Assembly: GCF_000315625.1 (NCBI RefSeq)
Contig: NW_005434542.1
Coordinates: forward strand, 1-64,000
From: Guillardia theta CCMP2712
Taxonomy: Eukaryota; Protista; Cryptophyta
DNA length: 64,000 nt
Reading direction: 5' to 3'
In this document: one piece after another, positions 12,601 through 25,700 of the stretch
Position numbering within the stretch: position 1 is the stretch's first letter
How the letters are laid out: every line of letters starts with the position of its first letter
Program-made: the position numbers and the translations under genes
Notes under the pieces: generated by a model
Databases searched by the model: none
What the model was told of the DNA's origin: nothing
What the model saw: only the letters and a program-made list of their open reading frames with translations

Positions 12601-12735
12601 GGGGCTGAAAAGTAAGAAGAATGGAGGCAAGAAGGAGGAACAAGAGACGCTGAGAAATAGATGAGGAGGTTGTAGCCATTCTTGCTGGTCTCAGCGACTG
12701 AGGGAGTAGGCTGCGATTCTGCTGCAGCCTCTGCC
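9595..12735 (-). CDS. Alpha-kinase (eEF2K/MHCK family) with long low-complexity N-terminus; possibly a pseudokinase
   Basis: Spliced motifs PFARG, VAK, YFDD, EAFAHFTWEASG, DPSVHS, GxxNLGxxGI, Zn-binding HRCNTIC; termini approximate. Confidence 0.85.
11930..12090 (-). repeat. Coding 39-bp tandem repeat (RKPVRESSQE-type, ~4 copies) within the alpha-kinase
   Basis: Visible in ORF 11881-12264. Confidence 0.8.
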
Positions 12736-13139
12736 ATCGTCTTGCGACCGGAGGTTGGGGGGTGGGGTGGGCACAACAAGTCGGTTCGAGTGTGAGTGGG
12801 GTAGGGGTAGTAAATTGAGGAGAGGAACAATGGGGTCTGTGGTACACTTCTGTTTACTTATCCTTCAATTATTTACACGAGGCCGGCTCCTAAGGTAGGT
12901 GGGGTGGTATTGACAGGTATGCCGTTCGAGGGGGAAGGTGGTATGTTCAGTTTGACTGTATTTTAGAGAAATAGGCTACAGGGGTAGGTAGGGGTTGTAG
13001 TCTGAGGGTAGTAGGCAGAGCCGGTTGCAGGGGCAAGGGTCGGTAGGAACCGACGGGTCTTGGCCCCATCAGTCCTCTTGACTTGGCGGGGGTAGTAGGA
13101 TACGGTAGGGGTCACTGAACGGACTTAGAGAGGGGTCGT

Positions 13140-13440
13140 GATTGAACACTCTTGACTCGGACCCCGGCGGAGCGGCATTACCGTTGCCGGGCCGTACCCG
13201 GCGGCCCGGCCGCCACCGTGACTCGATTCCTCATAAGTACCGTACGGTAGTATCGTACGGTACTCCGACAGAGTCAGGAGGCCCGTCCGAGCCTCGGAGA
13301 ACTCGGAAGTTCAACGGTTCCGAACTTCCGGCTCAGGCTTGGCCGCCTTCGGAACTTTACGGTACCCTGTAGTCACTGAGTAGTCACGATGGCACACGGT
13401 GACTGCCCCGCGGCCCAGGCCACCCCGGGCCCGAGGTAGC
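13140..13440. repeat. GC-rich palindrome-dense intergenic island, family member 1
   Basis: Shares 18/20 and ~30-nt motifs with the islands at ~16060-16670 and ~62520-62950. Confidence 0.55.
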
Positions 13441-13801
13441 GTTGACATTTTGCTTTTTCTGCTTTGGGGTGTATGTTTTCCCGTGAGGGGGTTGTTCTGC
13501 TTTCTATGTGGATTGGGGGGTGGCGTGTTTGAGGATTTGAAACAGGGTCCAAATTTCAGGTTTATAACTCTGATGTTGTTTTCCAATAAGATATTTTAAA
13601 CTGTATTGTGGAATGGTTGAGTATAAACAGAGAAGTAGGGCTGCACCCCAGAAGTTGCAGTGAGATCATGGGGTAGTCCACTTACTAATTTGTAGAGCCT
13701 TCTTATGGTACAATTTTATAAACAAGTTTGAACGACCTCTCTACACGCCATGAGCCTCCCCTTGTTCGGGGCACGTCGCACCGCTCTGTACTGCCCTAAC
13801 C

Positions 13802-15620
13802 ATGGCTCGCAAACAGCGAGCCCGCGGCAGCGTGTGCAGACATCAGATGTTCACCGAACATCCTCATGGGAAATTCCTGGGGTGTAGAGATGATGATCCT
13901 TGAGGAGTGCTTCGTACAGTGCGTGAATCTCACGAAAAATCGTTTGGTGAGCGAAGAGCATCAATAATACAAGTGAAAATCACCATCACAGGGATACGTT
14001 GCAATCGAAACCGGGTTGTGAAATACCCTAAGCTATCTGCGATGCATGACAGGGAAACTGAGTTGGAGTAGATGGATGGAGATTACACACAAGACGACAG
14101 GGAATCATCATCCGACGGTGACTGGATTGTTCAAAAGCCGTACAGTCACCAGTGAGCTCAAGAACACATGTCTTCACGATGATGGCTGATAGGCTCGCAA
14201 GAAATACAGTGCATTTTAGCAGTGAGCTGCTCGATTGCTTGAAACCACGATGATCCACAGCACTATCGAATGATAACAAGCAAGTCCAGTGGTTCGAGAA
14301 GGATTCTTCATCCGGTTTTCAAGGATGTGTTGGAACGATGAAACATGTTGCAAATCACCCAGCAAGGTCTATGCCATTTCATCACATGATGCATCATCTA
14401 AATATTACTGGTGTGAACTTGCATCAGATCGTGTGTCCATCAATGAGCCGGTGCCAAGCAGATGATACGGTCACTGCAAACACGAGCACTTTGAAGATGC
14501 TGATATTACAGGCCGTACAGCATTTATGATGTGGCTACATGTCACATGCTTCTTGGTTAACACAGAAATAACTTCGCCAGGCAAAAGATGGAACGTCGTC
14601 AGGATTACAAGGAGGTCGGTTGTGCTTTTACCCAGATTGAAACGCTTGTAATAAAGATATGATCACCTGAATGTGGAATTCTGTGTATTGATTCACAGTG
14701 TTTGTGGTTCGTTTACAATCATCGAGTGCTTGCTCTGTTGAACAAGGCACCCCTCTGTAGAGCCAAATGCGACAAGAACTCTACTGTTGCATGGTAGCAT
14801 TGCGAACTGTCCAAACAAGGCAGGATTGATTCAAAGAACATCTCATTTATTGATATCAGATTCATCTGCACATTGTTTCATTTCTAACTAGGTTTCTGCA
14901 GCGTTGTGGAAATGTCATGACAGAGGAAGAAGTTGCAGTGGAGAAAAATTATTCAACGTCATGAAACATGGAAATGCAATTGTCAATGCACTTGATCATG
15001 GATATAGTGATTCATGATCAACAACGATGATTCAAAGTCATCTATCCTGGCAGGTAAAGAAATCCTTTGTGCAAACGTCTCTTCATGCATCATTGAACGG
15101 TTGAGCATGTAAAGCTTTCTCTATAGAAAAGTGAGGTGCATGAATCCTGACCGTAAGACTAGAAGAATTGAAAGTGAGTGATGACATGAGAACACATATC
15201 TAGACAGCAAAGTCGCTTAAGGTACAGTTGATACAAATTTCTCACAAATCATGCATTTGAGCTCAACGTTCAACCTACGGCAATTTGAAAGAAGGGTCAA
15301 TCAAAGTTGATTCTGTTCAATGGTGAATCCATCATTAGTTGCTTAGCTGTTCATGAAAATTTCATCTTGTCTTCGAAGAATATTTTCAAGTACACTCGCG
15401 GATTGTTTGTACCTAGGGTGCATATTCCAGTACACGATGGATGATTCAAACCTTGGCCCAACCTGCAGAGTTGAGAAAGAAGCTTGATCATCTCTTACAG
15501 GTATGATATGAGATCTTCATCTGATTTCTATCTCAGTTGGGTTGGATTCGAAGTCTCTCAATATCAAGGTTCATCCTCGCGAGTCAGGAAGGCACCATTT
15601 CATCGCCTCTTGCTCGTCCA
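13802..15620 (+). pseudogene. Intron-rich, AT-richer gene or decayed gene of unknown function
   Basis: Multiple GTGAG..CAG/TAG introns (~13947-13991, ~14152-14192, ~14222-14260); apparent in-frame TAG near 14070; 3' block similar to 2613-2683. Confidence 0.35.
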
Positions 15621-16059
15621 GGGAGAGGGGGCTTGGGGAATGAGAAAAGGGGGCTACCCCTCACCCCCTATCACAGAGTTTCAAACTGGTTCAAAGGTGG
15701 GTAGTTGAGGGTGCTCCATACCCACCCCACCCCCCAACGAAAGTCAAACGGAGGGGTTCTCGGAAGTCGAAGTTCCGACCAGTTTGGCCCTCGTTATGTA
15801 CCATATAAACGCTGCAATATTAAGTTGGTACCACAGATACTTCTAAAATTCGTACTTTTACTTTGGTTTGGCGTGGTGAGGTGTCCAAGCAACAAAATTC
15901 AAATCACCCTACCCCTCTTTGGCCCTGCGCAGCAACGATTTTCCTAAGAGCGAGTCACCCTCCCACACGCCTTCTCAAAGTAGGGTACTCCCACATGGCA
16001 TGAAATGAAGGGACCCCACAGGCCCTTCGAAAAAAAAAAAATCTTGCCAATTTTTCCTA

Positions 16060-16670
16060 TGAGCGCCCGGCCGGAAAAGCAACGCGGGCCCGGGGGCCGG
16101 GGGGGGCGCACGTCGGACGCGGCCGCCCACCGCCGGGGCCCGGGGACGCCGGGGATGACTCAGTGATCGGACTGAGACAGTCGGACCGGAAGTGATACCA
16201 TGATACGAAGGCGCTGAAAACTCCCTGACCGTGCTCTGCCGCCTCGGATTTCAGTCCCTTCTTCAAATATTCTTTCATCTCAGATACTAATTTAATTTTC
16301 CTCTCACGACAGTGCGGCCTGGCGCCGCAGGCTCGCCCAGAATCTTGAACTGATCACCGTGGGTGGCAGCCCCGGCATAGGCTAGGCTATCGGATAGCCC
16401 CGCTCACAGAGCCGCTGGCCGGGCAGTGGCGACTCGGACCTTCAACGGTTCGGCCCCGGGCCGCGCGGCCCGCCGCCGCACCGGCGGCGGGTGACTCAGC
16501 GCCCGCGACGCCGTCCGATCCGATCCGAGCGACGTTGACGGTGCCAGAGCTACAGTTGAGGCACTGAGTCAAGTGGGCCGTCTAGCCACAGTCACGGTGG
16601 CACGGTGACTGTCAGTGTGCGGCTACTGAGCCGAATCACGAGTCTGAGTGCCACGACTCGGAGGCAGCAG
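16060..16670. repeat. GC-rich palindrome-dense intergenic island, family member 2
   Basis: ACTCGGACCTTCAACGGTTC (16432-16451) and ACAGTCAC..GTGACTGT hairpin (16588-16612). Confidence 0.55.
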
Positions 16671-17344
16671 CAGTAGTGTAGATAAGTAAATTCTAGTACG
16701 AAGAAGCGTGATTTTCAGCTTTGAGTGAAGACGGCGAGGGAGGACAGCAAGGAAAGCTACTCCTGGAATACCCCCACTCACTTCCATGCCTTGAAAGACA
16801 CCTGGTTTAGAGGCTCCCCGTGTTTTAAGCGCCATGCAGGCGATAGCCGCTGCTTGCCTCGCCCCTCCCTCGCTCCCTCGCTCCCCCGCTCCCTCCCCCT
16901 CTCGCCCTCTCCTTCATTTTCTCCTCCTAGTCTCTGTTGCTGACACCCCCATCGTTGCCCTTTTCTTCTTCCTTCGATGCTCTCTGCTGCACCAGCTCTT
17001 TTCCAATTTCTTTTCACCCAAGTTTTCTCTTGGTTGCGCAATTAACTGTATTCCCTTTTGGCATGAAATCTTCACATTTGAACCGTTTTCAACTCGATTG
17101 CATTCCTGCATCAAATAGATCATCTTCTCATTGATCTTCTTGTTTTAACCCTGTTGGGCGATTCGTAGAAACCTCTTGTGTTGGGTATTTTTATTATCGT
17201 CCAGTGCTGCTTTCGTTGATCTGCAAACTTGTTTTGTGTTTGCTTTTACAATTTGATAGAATCCTGACAATCACACAGAGAAATATCTTCCTATGTCGTC
17301 GCGATGCCGGTAGATGGAATTCGTCAGATTCGGTTTTTTTGTAG

Positions 17345-20300
17345 ATGATAGAGGTAAGTTGAACCGGCCACTCTTACTCATTCTTAACGCGCTGAACCCG
17401 ATTGTATAGGAGCTTCTTTTGTTTGCTAAGCGCTGTATTGCATGCATGCTAGTGATGATGCATCTTACGAAGGCTATGTGAGTAGTTGCATTGAGGATAT
17501 GCAGAAATGCATTGATTTTTGAGCGCCAGACCTGTTTCTTCCAACCATCTTGCTTTTGTGGGAACTTTTGCATCACACGTTGGCATTTCATGGTGCTTCA
17601 CAACGAAAGGAATGAAGCTTGGCCGTTCTCAATCTTCGGTCATGCACTCCGAACCATCAAAACAATCATGTCTACCTTGTGTGCCTACTATCTCTTCTTG
17701 TAATCCTCTCAGCAGCTCTACTTATGGGCAAACACTTCTGGATAAAGAATCCTCTCCAGCGCTCAAATTCAATGAACGTACGAAATATTTTAAGACCTTA
17801 TGAAGGAGCACAGACAAGGTAGGATGCGACAGACAGACAGCATTTAAACCTAAAAGGTGATCCGCTATGCAGGAGCTTGACTCGCCGTAGTATGCAAGTC
17901 GAAGAGTCGACACCATCTCAGGTGAGGAATCAGCAGAATTTGACACGAATGAAATGTATTTATGAACAGCTTGGATCGAAGAAGTACCAAGTAGACTCAG
18001 CTGAACTTCTTCCAATGCATGAGAAACTGAGATATGGTGAGCGATCCGATGGAGGCTGTCTGTTCCAGTGATGTTAGGGTTGCAGGAGTTCTTCCAAACG
18101 GGTTGAGGTATTGCATATTCCCCAACAAGAAACCAGCAGGGCGATTCTATGTGAACTTGGAAGTGCATGCCGGCAGTGTGGACGAAGAGGAAGAGCAGCA
18201 GGGCATTGCGCATTTTGTAGAGCATGGTCTGTTTCTTGGGACGGAAAGGTTGTGCCTTGTTTTCAGTTCTCTCCTCTCCTCTTATTTGTTGTGAAGATTC
18301 AAATCTCAGAAAGCCATGAAGAAGTTGCTCAGACGTCTCGGCATGGTACTTGATATTGAAAGCGTTTACTGCCGGCTGACCCGAAGCACAGGCGTACAAT
18401 GCTGATGCGAATGCGTTCACGGACTTCAGAAGCACCGTATGCTACTTCTTGTGAACTCTCCTGGCGATGAGCCACCTCTCCAGGTTTACACGCTGTCAGC
18501 CCCCACCAAGGGTCGGGCAGAGACGATGCACTCTGCTGCCGGTCTGTTTGGCGACTCAGGCGTGAGCACGGCTCCGCGAGAAGACCTTGCTGAAGACGAG
18601 TTTGCCGGGGACGATGAAGTGTCTGAAATCGAAGGCCTTCAAGCCACTACCGACGACAACACACAGCTAGTGCTGGAGCTGTTGCACCAGATGGCCTTCA
18701 AGGCTCTTCTCAAGCAGGTGAGCCTGGCGCTCAAGGCACGGAGTGTAGTTGACACTTGGATGGTAGGAGGACATCGACAAAGAAAGAGGGGCAATCCTCT
18801 CTGAGCTCAAGGACCGAAACAGCATCTCTCAGCGTGCAGCCATGGAGTTTTACAGGTTCAACCACAACGACACTGTACTGCCCAGGCGGTTTCCTATCGG
18901 GAAGGAGGAACAGGTGAGCGATGGGAGTTCTCCAATCTGTTCTTAAATGCTGTGAAGGTGAAGCGCTTCAGCTCGGAAGATCTCAGGAGATTTTACAAGC
19001 GCCACTACTACCCGGCGAACATGTGCCTCTATGTTGCTGGTGACGTGGACCCCGCGGATTTCGAGAAGAAGATTCAGGCGGTCTTTGGCAAAGAGCAAGC
19101 AGCCCCTGCCGATGGTTCCGCGGGCGTCGAACCAGTAGAGGAGGATCGCAAGGTGGAGCCAGTCTTGTGGCCACGGCGAGGGGCGAAGATCGTCCATCAC
19201 GACCTGATTGAATCGCTGGACCCGGCCCCTGCGATCATCAGGACCTCTCCTGGCGTCAACGTTGTCTCGGTCCCTGCTGCTCAGCCCCCAAGCAAAGAAC
19301 ATGGAAGCTCCAACAAGTTTCACGTTCTCTCCCACTCGCTCATCACTGACTTCAGCGTCTCCTTTTGCGCCAAAGGGAACCTGCAGACGTTTGCGACTCT
19401 CTCTGACATGCGCGAATCCGTGCTGGACTCTCTGGTTGGCATGATCCTCGAGTTCAGAGTCAACGAACGCCGTCTGCGCTCCAACGACCCGATCTTCAAC
19501 GGCATAGGTACACTTGCTTTACTTGCTTTGCCCTGGGAACCCTCCTCACTCAAATCCCTCTAGGTTGGACATACAGCAGCTCGGCAAGAGACGGATGCTC
19601 GATGAACTCTTTTTCCATCTCCTCACAGCCTCGTCACTGGAAGGCGGCGCTAGAGATTGGTCTGCAGGAAGCAGCTCGCATGGCAGAGCATGGTGTAACC
19701 GAAGCCGAGTTGTCTCAGGCTGTCACGACGCTTGTCAATCATTTTGCTCAGCAGGCGACGCTGAAGAATTCGCTAGAGTCATCTGTATGGATGAGGAGGA
19801 TCATGGAGTGTGTGCAGGCGGGCGACCAGGTAATGAATGCGGAGAAGAAGTTTGAAATCCTCGCGGAGATCTCCTCAAGGCTGACGCCGAAAGAGCTGTC
19901 GGTGAGGGCGCGAGAACTTTTCAATGCGGTCACGAGCTACGTCACCAACGACCAATGCAAGGCCTTCATCTGCATGCCCGACAACTCTCCCGACATGCAG
20001 GACTTCTCCCACGATCTCTTTCTCACCATCGTCGAGCGAGGTCTCAAAGACCCCAACCCGCCCGAATCCCTTCAAGTGCCCGAGAGACTTCTCGACGAGT
20101 CCCACCTCAACGAGCTGGTGGATCAGATGAAGCCGGCCATCGTGTCGAGACGCGTCGACGAGGAGGGAGGGACGGGAGTAGTTGTGCTCAAGCTCAGCAA
20201 CGGAATCAGAGTTGCTTACAGGACCAACGACAGCAGGCCCAAGGAGTTTCGCGTTAGGATCTCGGCGGCTGGAGGAAGAGTTCTCGAAGATGAACAACGT

Positions 20301-22444
20301 CAGGGTCAAGCAGTTGCAGCCTCTGCCTTGTGGGTCAATGGAGGATGCGGTGGATATGCAGCAGAAGTTGTCTCGCGCTTTGCGAGCATGTGGGGACTTT
20401 CGTATGACGCAGCATGCAACAGGCAAGCACCTTTCGGCTCTGATATCCTTGTGACGCTTCTGACACAGTGAGGAGCTTCATTTCGACATGCTCGTTCAAG
20501 TAAGCTCTTTCTGCTGCTCTCTCTTCCCGCCATCGCTCATGTTGGGGCAAGGCAACTGTTGATGGTGCACTGGAGCGAGCGATGGGCCTGGTCTGGATGT
20601 TCTTGCAAAGGTGACGAGCTTGCAGCAGGATCTAACGTGTCTCACCTTCTGCCTGTCAGGCCGAACTTGGACCAGAAGGCCCTTGAGCGCTTCAAGATCC
20701 GCGTACGTCGAGCCTCTCAGTCCCTCGACAAGGTGAAGCATGTTTGGCTGAGGAGGCGAAGGCTGAAGCATGTCTGCACTAGAGCGTGGAAAGAAAGACG
20801 TCAAAACTCTTCTTGGACATGATGATCTCACCGGTGAAGACTGCTGACTGGCTTGTGCGGGCTCAAACTGCTTCTTCAGGAGCATGCATGGCGGCTGCAG
20901 GAGCTCCGGCCTGAGATCGCAGACTCCTTGGATGTGAGTGAGACCGTCAACTCCTCTACCTTTCAACCCTGGAAGCCTGGCCCTCTCTTGCTCGAGTCAC
21001 TCACGCGCGGGCCGCAGGTTGAGGACGTTCGAGCGATCCTCTTCAAGCAGATCGCGACGGAGAATCTCGAGATGGTGCGGCAGGAGCTGCGTGTGTTGCC
21101 CTGTGAAACCTCAACTAGGTTGTCTCGGGAGATTTCGACCCGCAAGAGCTAGAGAAAGCGTTGGTACTTGCATGCTACACCCACTCCTCAGCTGCTGACT
21201 CGCTCGCGAGGTTCGATACATGGGGACCCTCCACCGAGAGCAGGAGAAACCTTTCCTCGACGAGATGCAAGAGGTGACGTCGGATGAGGCGCAACGGCCG
21301 TTGAAACGTGTGCAACAGAAGCTTCGACTCAAGTTCAAGGGCGGCAGCATGAAAGCCAATGCCGAGCACTTGGGTTCTTTGCTGCCTCTCTCCTGCCGTG
21401 TCTGATGAAGCTGCAGTGGACGACACCGAGCGCTCCTACACCATCATGGGCTTCCCTGCGGTTAACCGCTGGGGATACCTCAGGGACGTCGACGCGGGTC
21501 TCTCGCTCGACTTTCGTGATGGAGCGGTCGCGGCCGACCTGAGCTTGCTCGCTCTGACTTTGTCGTGCAGGCCCTCAGCCTTGTGCCTCCCACCCTCCCC
21601 AACGGTCGCCCGTACTGCAAGTCCATGCACATCTCGCGAAGCCTCTCAGTCGCCTGTGACGTCATCAGCAACAGGTGATGCCGCGGGTCCTGTCCCCTCT
21701 CCCTCACCCAGCACATCGGTCACCTTGTCCCCGCAGACTCTTCGAGGAGATTCGAGAGCGGCGAGGGCTCGTCTATGGCATCTCCTTCCGTTGGCGACCT
21801 TATCGCCTCATTCCCGGAGGATACTGCACCATCGACTTCATGCCCAAAGCTGACATGGTGCTCCTCCCTCCTCCATCCTCCCTTCTTTCTCCTGCTCCTC
21901 CCTCTCTCCTCCTGCTCCCTCTGTTTCTCCTGCTCGTCTTGCTCCATCCCCCATCCCTTCTTGCCCCAGTCCCGTTGGTGTCTGTGGTGCTGGCCCTCCT
22001 GGTTGACGGAGGAGCAGATCGAGGAAAGCATTGCGGCGGTCAGAGAGTGCTTTCATCGTCTGGTGACAGAAGGGTTCTCCATGGACGAGTTCGAGGCGGC
22101 CAAGAGTCCTCTGGTCACCAAGGTGAACTTCCGCCATGTGCGGGAACAGGCTGAGGGTGCGGGGGCAGGTGAAGGAGACGGAGAAGCAGAACGTGTTCTG
22201 GGTGCAGCTCATGGAGGATCTCGGGAACCCTCTCTCACCCAAGTCCATCGGCTGCATCCAAGATGTCTCCGATCACTACGATGCGCTCACCAAGGAGCAG
22301 GTAAACGCCCGGGCTAGCAACTCACTTCATCCTGATGTCGGTCAGGTTGAGGAAGTTGTTCGTTGCTGCCTCGGTCATGGCATGGAGCACATGGTCATCG
22401 CTACAGGCACGTCAGGACCCCAGGAACAGACTCAAGGTGTTTGA
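17345..22444 (+). CDS. M16 (insulinase-family) zinc metalloprotease, stromal processing peptidase-like, probably plastid-targeted
   Basis: GVLPNGLRYCIFPNKKPAGRFYVNLEVHAGSVDEEEEQQGIAHFVEH (HxxEH), RFPIG, YYPANM, second LSNG lobe, C-terminal REERGLVY-like segment; spliced N-terminus gives signal peptide + AF + Ser-rich transit peptide. Confidence 0.88.
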
Positions 22445-22712
22445 ACCTGCCTCTTCCCTCCCCTCCCCTCCTCCCCTCCCTCCTCCCTCCCTTCCCTCTG
22501 ATTGGAATCTGGTTCCCTTTCCTTGCTCCCTCCTCCTCGTACCTCACTCTTTCTGCCGTTTGGTTCCCTCTCCCTCTTGATCCCCTTCCTTTATCTTCCC
22601 TCCCTCCCTCCTTCTCTTGGTTCTCGAAGCCTCTCGGTTGCTTATGCAACAGCAGCAGGAAAGGAGGCCATAGAACGAGGGTAGAGCTCGTAGCAGAGAT
22701 ATTGATTTCTCG

Positions 22713-24084
22713 TTAAACGTAGCTGGTGGCTGAGACGATATTCTTCTGCCATTCGAGCACGTCGCATCGAGTTAGCAGCAGCACCACCAGCTTCTTGTGC
22801 TTCGCGTGCAGCATGTCCACCACCACAGGGTCCGTAGCAAGGTTTCTCAGAGCTGAAGCAGCATACTCCAATGAGCTCGCCGACGCTGTTCCATCCTGCA
22901 GCAAATTTGCTAGGCCATTGATAACGTTGCTGTAGGGGACGATGAATCGCTTGTTCTCCCGCTCAACGGTGAGGCTCCAGAGAGCTGCTGCAGCAATCTC
23001 CCGCCCCTGCAGCTCGTCCTCGCCCAGCAGAGCCGCGAGTCCCTCGAGGATGCCGGGCTGGCGGCAGAGGTCTTGCTTGATGAGGTTGGTGATGGTGCCG
23101 TCGCCCAGGCTCTTCCTCGCACTCTCGACTGAGTCCACCCGCATCTTCTCTCCTCGGCTCTGACTCTGAGCGCTCAGCCGCCAGACTATCCTTCCCATCA
23201 TCTCCTTGGTCTCCCTCTCCCCGTGAAGCAGCAGGTCAGCGATGGTGGGTAGAAACGTGTCGCCCTCAGGGCTGCGGTGGCTCAGCACCTTGAGCTTGCT
23301 CTCGTCATCACAAAAGAGAGTCCAGAGCAAGGCGGCAGCTGCGACCTCAACGTCAGCTGAGCGAGAAAGCAGAAGCACTCTCAGTGTCTCCATGAGCAAT
23401 TCGTCATCCAGAAACTCTCTCTTGAATTCATCCGAAAACGTGGCGAAGTTTGTCAGGACGTGAGCCGCATGGTTTTGAACACTGTGATGCTCATGAGAAA
23501 GACTGTCGACAACAGCTTTCATCAGTCCTGGATAGTACAGCATGATCTCAATAAAACTTCCATGTTTCTTTGGAAGCCAATCGTACGAGCTGAGAAGTAG
23601 AGTGAGAGGAGAGGAAAGACAGCTTTCCGGCACCTTCGAATGTTTTGCCCGTCCCTGGGTTGCAGGTTGAAGTTATGCAGGAGCAGACAAGTCGCATTAC
23701 GCAAGATCCGCATGACAGAGATGGGAATCAAGTTGAGATGTCTGAGGTGAGGTCAGGGCCGGGGAGTGATACGTTGCAGAATCAAGAAACCTTGACATCT
23801 CTTGAGAATTTCCTTGTCTTGTCGATTGCAGATACTGTTTGATCTCTTCCTGCTAGCAGTGTCAAATTGATCGAGCAACAACATCTCTTACGTTTGACTG
23901 CGAAGTAGCGTCCTCGAAAAGCTGCATCATTCCCTCCAACATCCCCATCTCAATCAGCTGCCTCCGCATCAGACGACAACGAGCAGTCAGCGTGGACCTC
24001 TATCAGCTCTTCTTCGAGGATCTCTTCAGTCGCATCAGCAAGCATGGCGATCGCCTGCGCATTCTCAGCTCCCGCTCCTCTCAT
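22713..24084 (-). CDS. Armadillo/HEAT-repeat protein
   Basis: Repeated AAxxLWxL/AASALRNLA helices in ORF 22713-23633; upstream exons to ATG ~24084. Confidence 0.8.
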
Positions 24085-24153
24085 CGCTCCGCGTCACTTT
24101 GCACTTGGTCGACACATCGGGAGCTTTGAGACTGAGCAAGCATGTCAGCTGCG

Positions 24154-25490
24154 CTAGATGAGAACGCGACCTTCGGACCGGCTGGGGATCAGCTTAACGC
24201 TTGAGGACCATGCAAGCGCTTTCGCTGGATCTTCAGCAGCTCTGACGCACAAGCTCGAGTCAGGTCTGCCAGCGGCGAGGGAGGAAGCAACCTCGGCCGA
24301 CATCGCTTCGTGCCCACAACCTCGTTGGTCCTCCCCCTCTGAAGCCGCTCATGCTCCTGACAGAGAAACCTCAGCTGGGAGCCAGCAAGACCAACCGACA
24401 TGCCTTGTAGTCGGAAATGAACTCCCCGAAAGTCGGGAGGTCCTGCGGGGGTTTACGAGTGTGTAGGCTGAGAGGCAAGCACCGTGAGAGAGTGAGTGCC
24501 GTCTTCTGCCATCATCACGATGAGCGTGCAAGAAAGCTAGCCAACAGTCCACCTATCGCAGTTGTCGGCTCAGAGTCTTGGTTGGGGTCTTCATCTATCC
24601 TTATGAACTTCTTTGAGACTGCCGTCCAGTCAACTTTGACCCCAAGCGCAACCTCATCACCTTTTTGCTTGGGAGCAGAGTCGGGAGGAGGCTCGTCGAA
24701 CAAGGTCCTGTATCCTTTAGGAACAGCTTTACCCCCGTAGTTCTTCACCTGCATCCAAACATTCAGCACGCACCTCCCCTTCTCCTCCTCAAACTGATCG
24801 CTTACCAGTTTCTCGTGCTCTGCTGGAATAAATCCGTCGTCTTTCTTCCACAAGAACAAGTCTTGTTTGGACGACTTCTTGGGTAGAGTCGCATTCCACC
24901 ACTCGTCAACGGCACTCACTGGCAACAAGAGTGAGGAGAGCAATCCAAGGGCTCTATCACCTTGCTCTGTGGAGGATTGATGGTTCATGAGTAAGGTTGG
25001 CCCATCTTCAGGAGCATTCTCTTGTACAATCGATGTTCTGGTTCTGAGGAGTCTCTGACCCGAGGGCTGACATAGATTGAAGCCATCTCAACATCCAAAG
25101 AAGACCAACACTGATCTATATCACCTTGGAGCTCTTCTGCGAATCTGAGTGTTTCTTTCCACCAGAAGATGTTTTTTCCGATGCTTTCTAATGGCCAACC
25201 GAGTCAAGAGAGAAAGAAAATCTCGTTTCTCATGATTCGATGCTGCTGGTACCTTGGCTCGTTCTTCTTCCCGCTCTCTACGCCGAAGCTCCATCTTCCA
25301 GGCGAAGTCGATGGCCTCAGTCATTCTTGTTGCGACACGGGCAACTTCAGTCGTCGGTCATCAGCATCAATGCTGGGAAAGCCTTGCTTCAACGAACTTC
25401 AGTATCTGCTAGACGACAACTTCCTTGACTGCAATGATGACCACTCACACCATCTTGCCTCTTTACTCCAAGTTAAGTTTAGCCTCCATG
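24154..25490 (-). CDS. Multi-exon hypothetical protein
   Basis: ORF pieces 25121-25324 and 24515-24988 plus a 3' exon ending at TAG 24154; start uncertain. Confidence 0.45.
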
Positions 25491-25562
25491 TCATATTTGG
25501 AAACGCAGCTCTCAAAGATCGATGATTTAGCTGCGCGGCGTGACCAGGGCTCAAATTCATCT

Positions 25563-25700
25563 CGACATGTCATCTTCTCGCACTGACTATCATCAATCTC
25601 ATTCAGATCAACATGTCATCTTCTCATCAATCTCATTCATATCGACATGTCATCTTCTCATCAATCTCATTCATATCGACATGTCATCTTCGCTCACTGC
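25563..25700. repeat. ~34-bp tandem repeat (CGACATGTCATCTTCTCATCAATCTCATTCATAT, ~4 copies)
   Basis: Directly visible; each unit contains an ACATGT palindrome. Confidence 0.85.

Noticed and set aside
13140-16670. GC islands as terminal repeats of a single transposon enclosing 13.7-15.6 kb
   Set aside because: Shared motifs are short and not colinear terminal repeats; no TSD or transposase/RT motif seen
17722-18435. 237-aa minus-strand ORF
   Set aside because: Antisense shadow of the M16 protease exons with no recognisable motif
25563-25700. 34-bp repeats with a palindrome as a possible CRISPR or iteron array
   Set aside because: Head-to-tail tandem copies without spacers; a simple minisatellite
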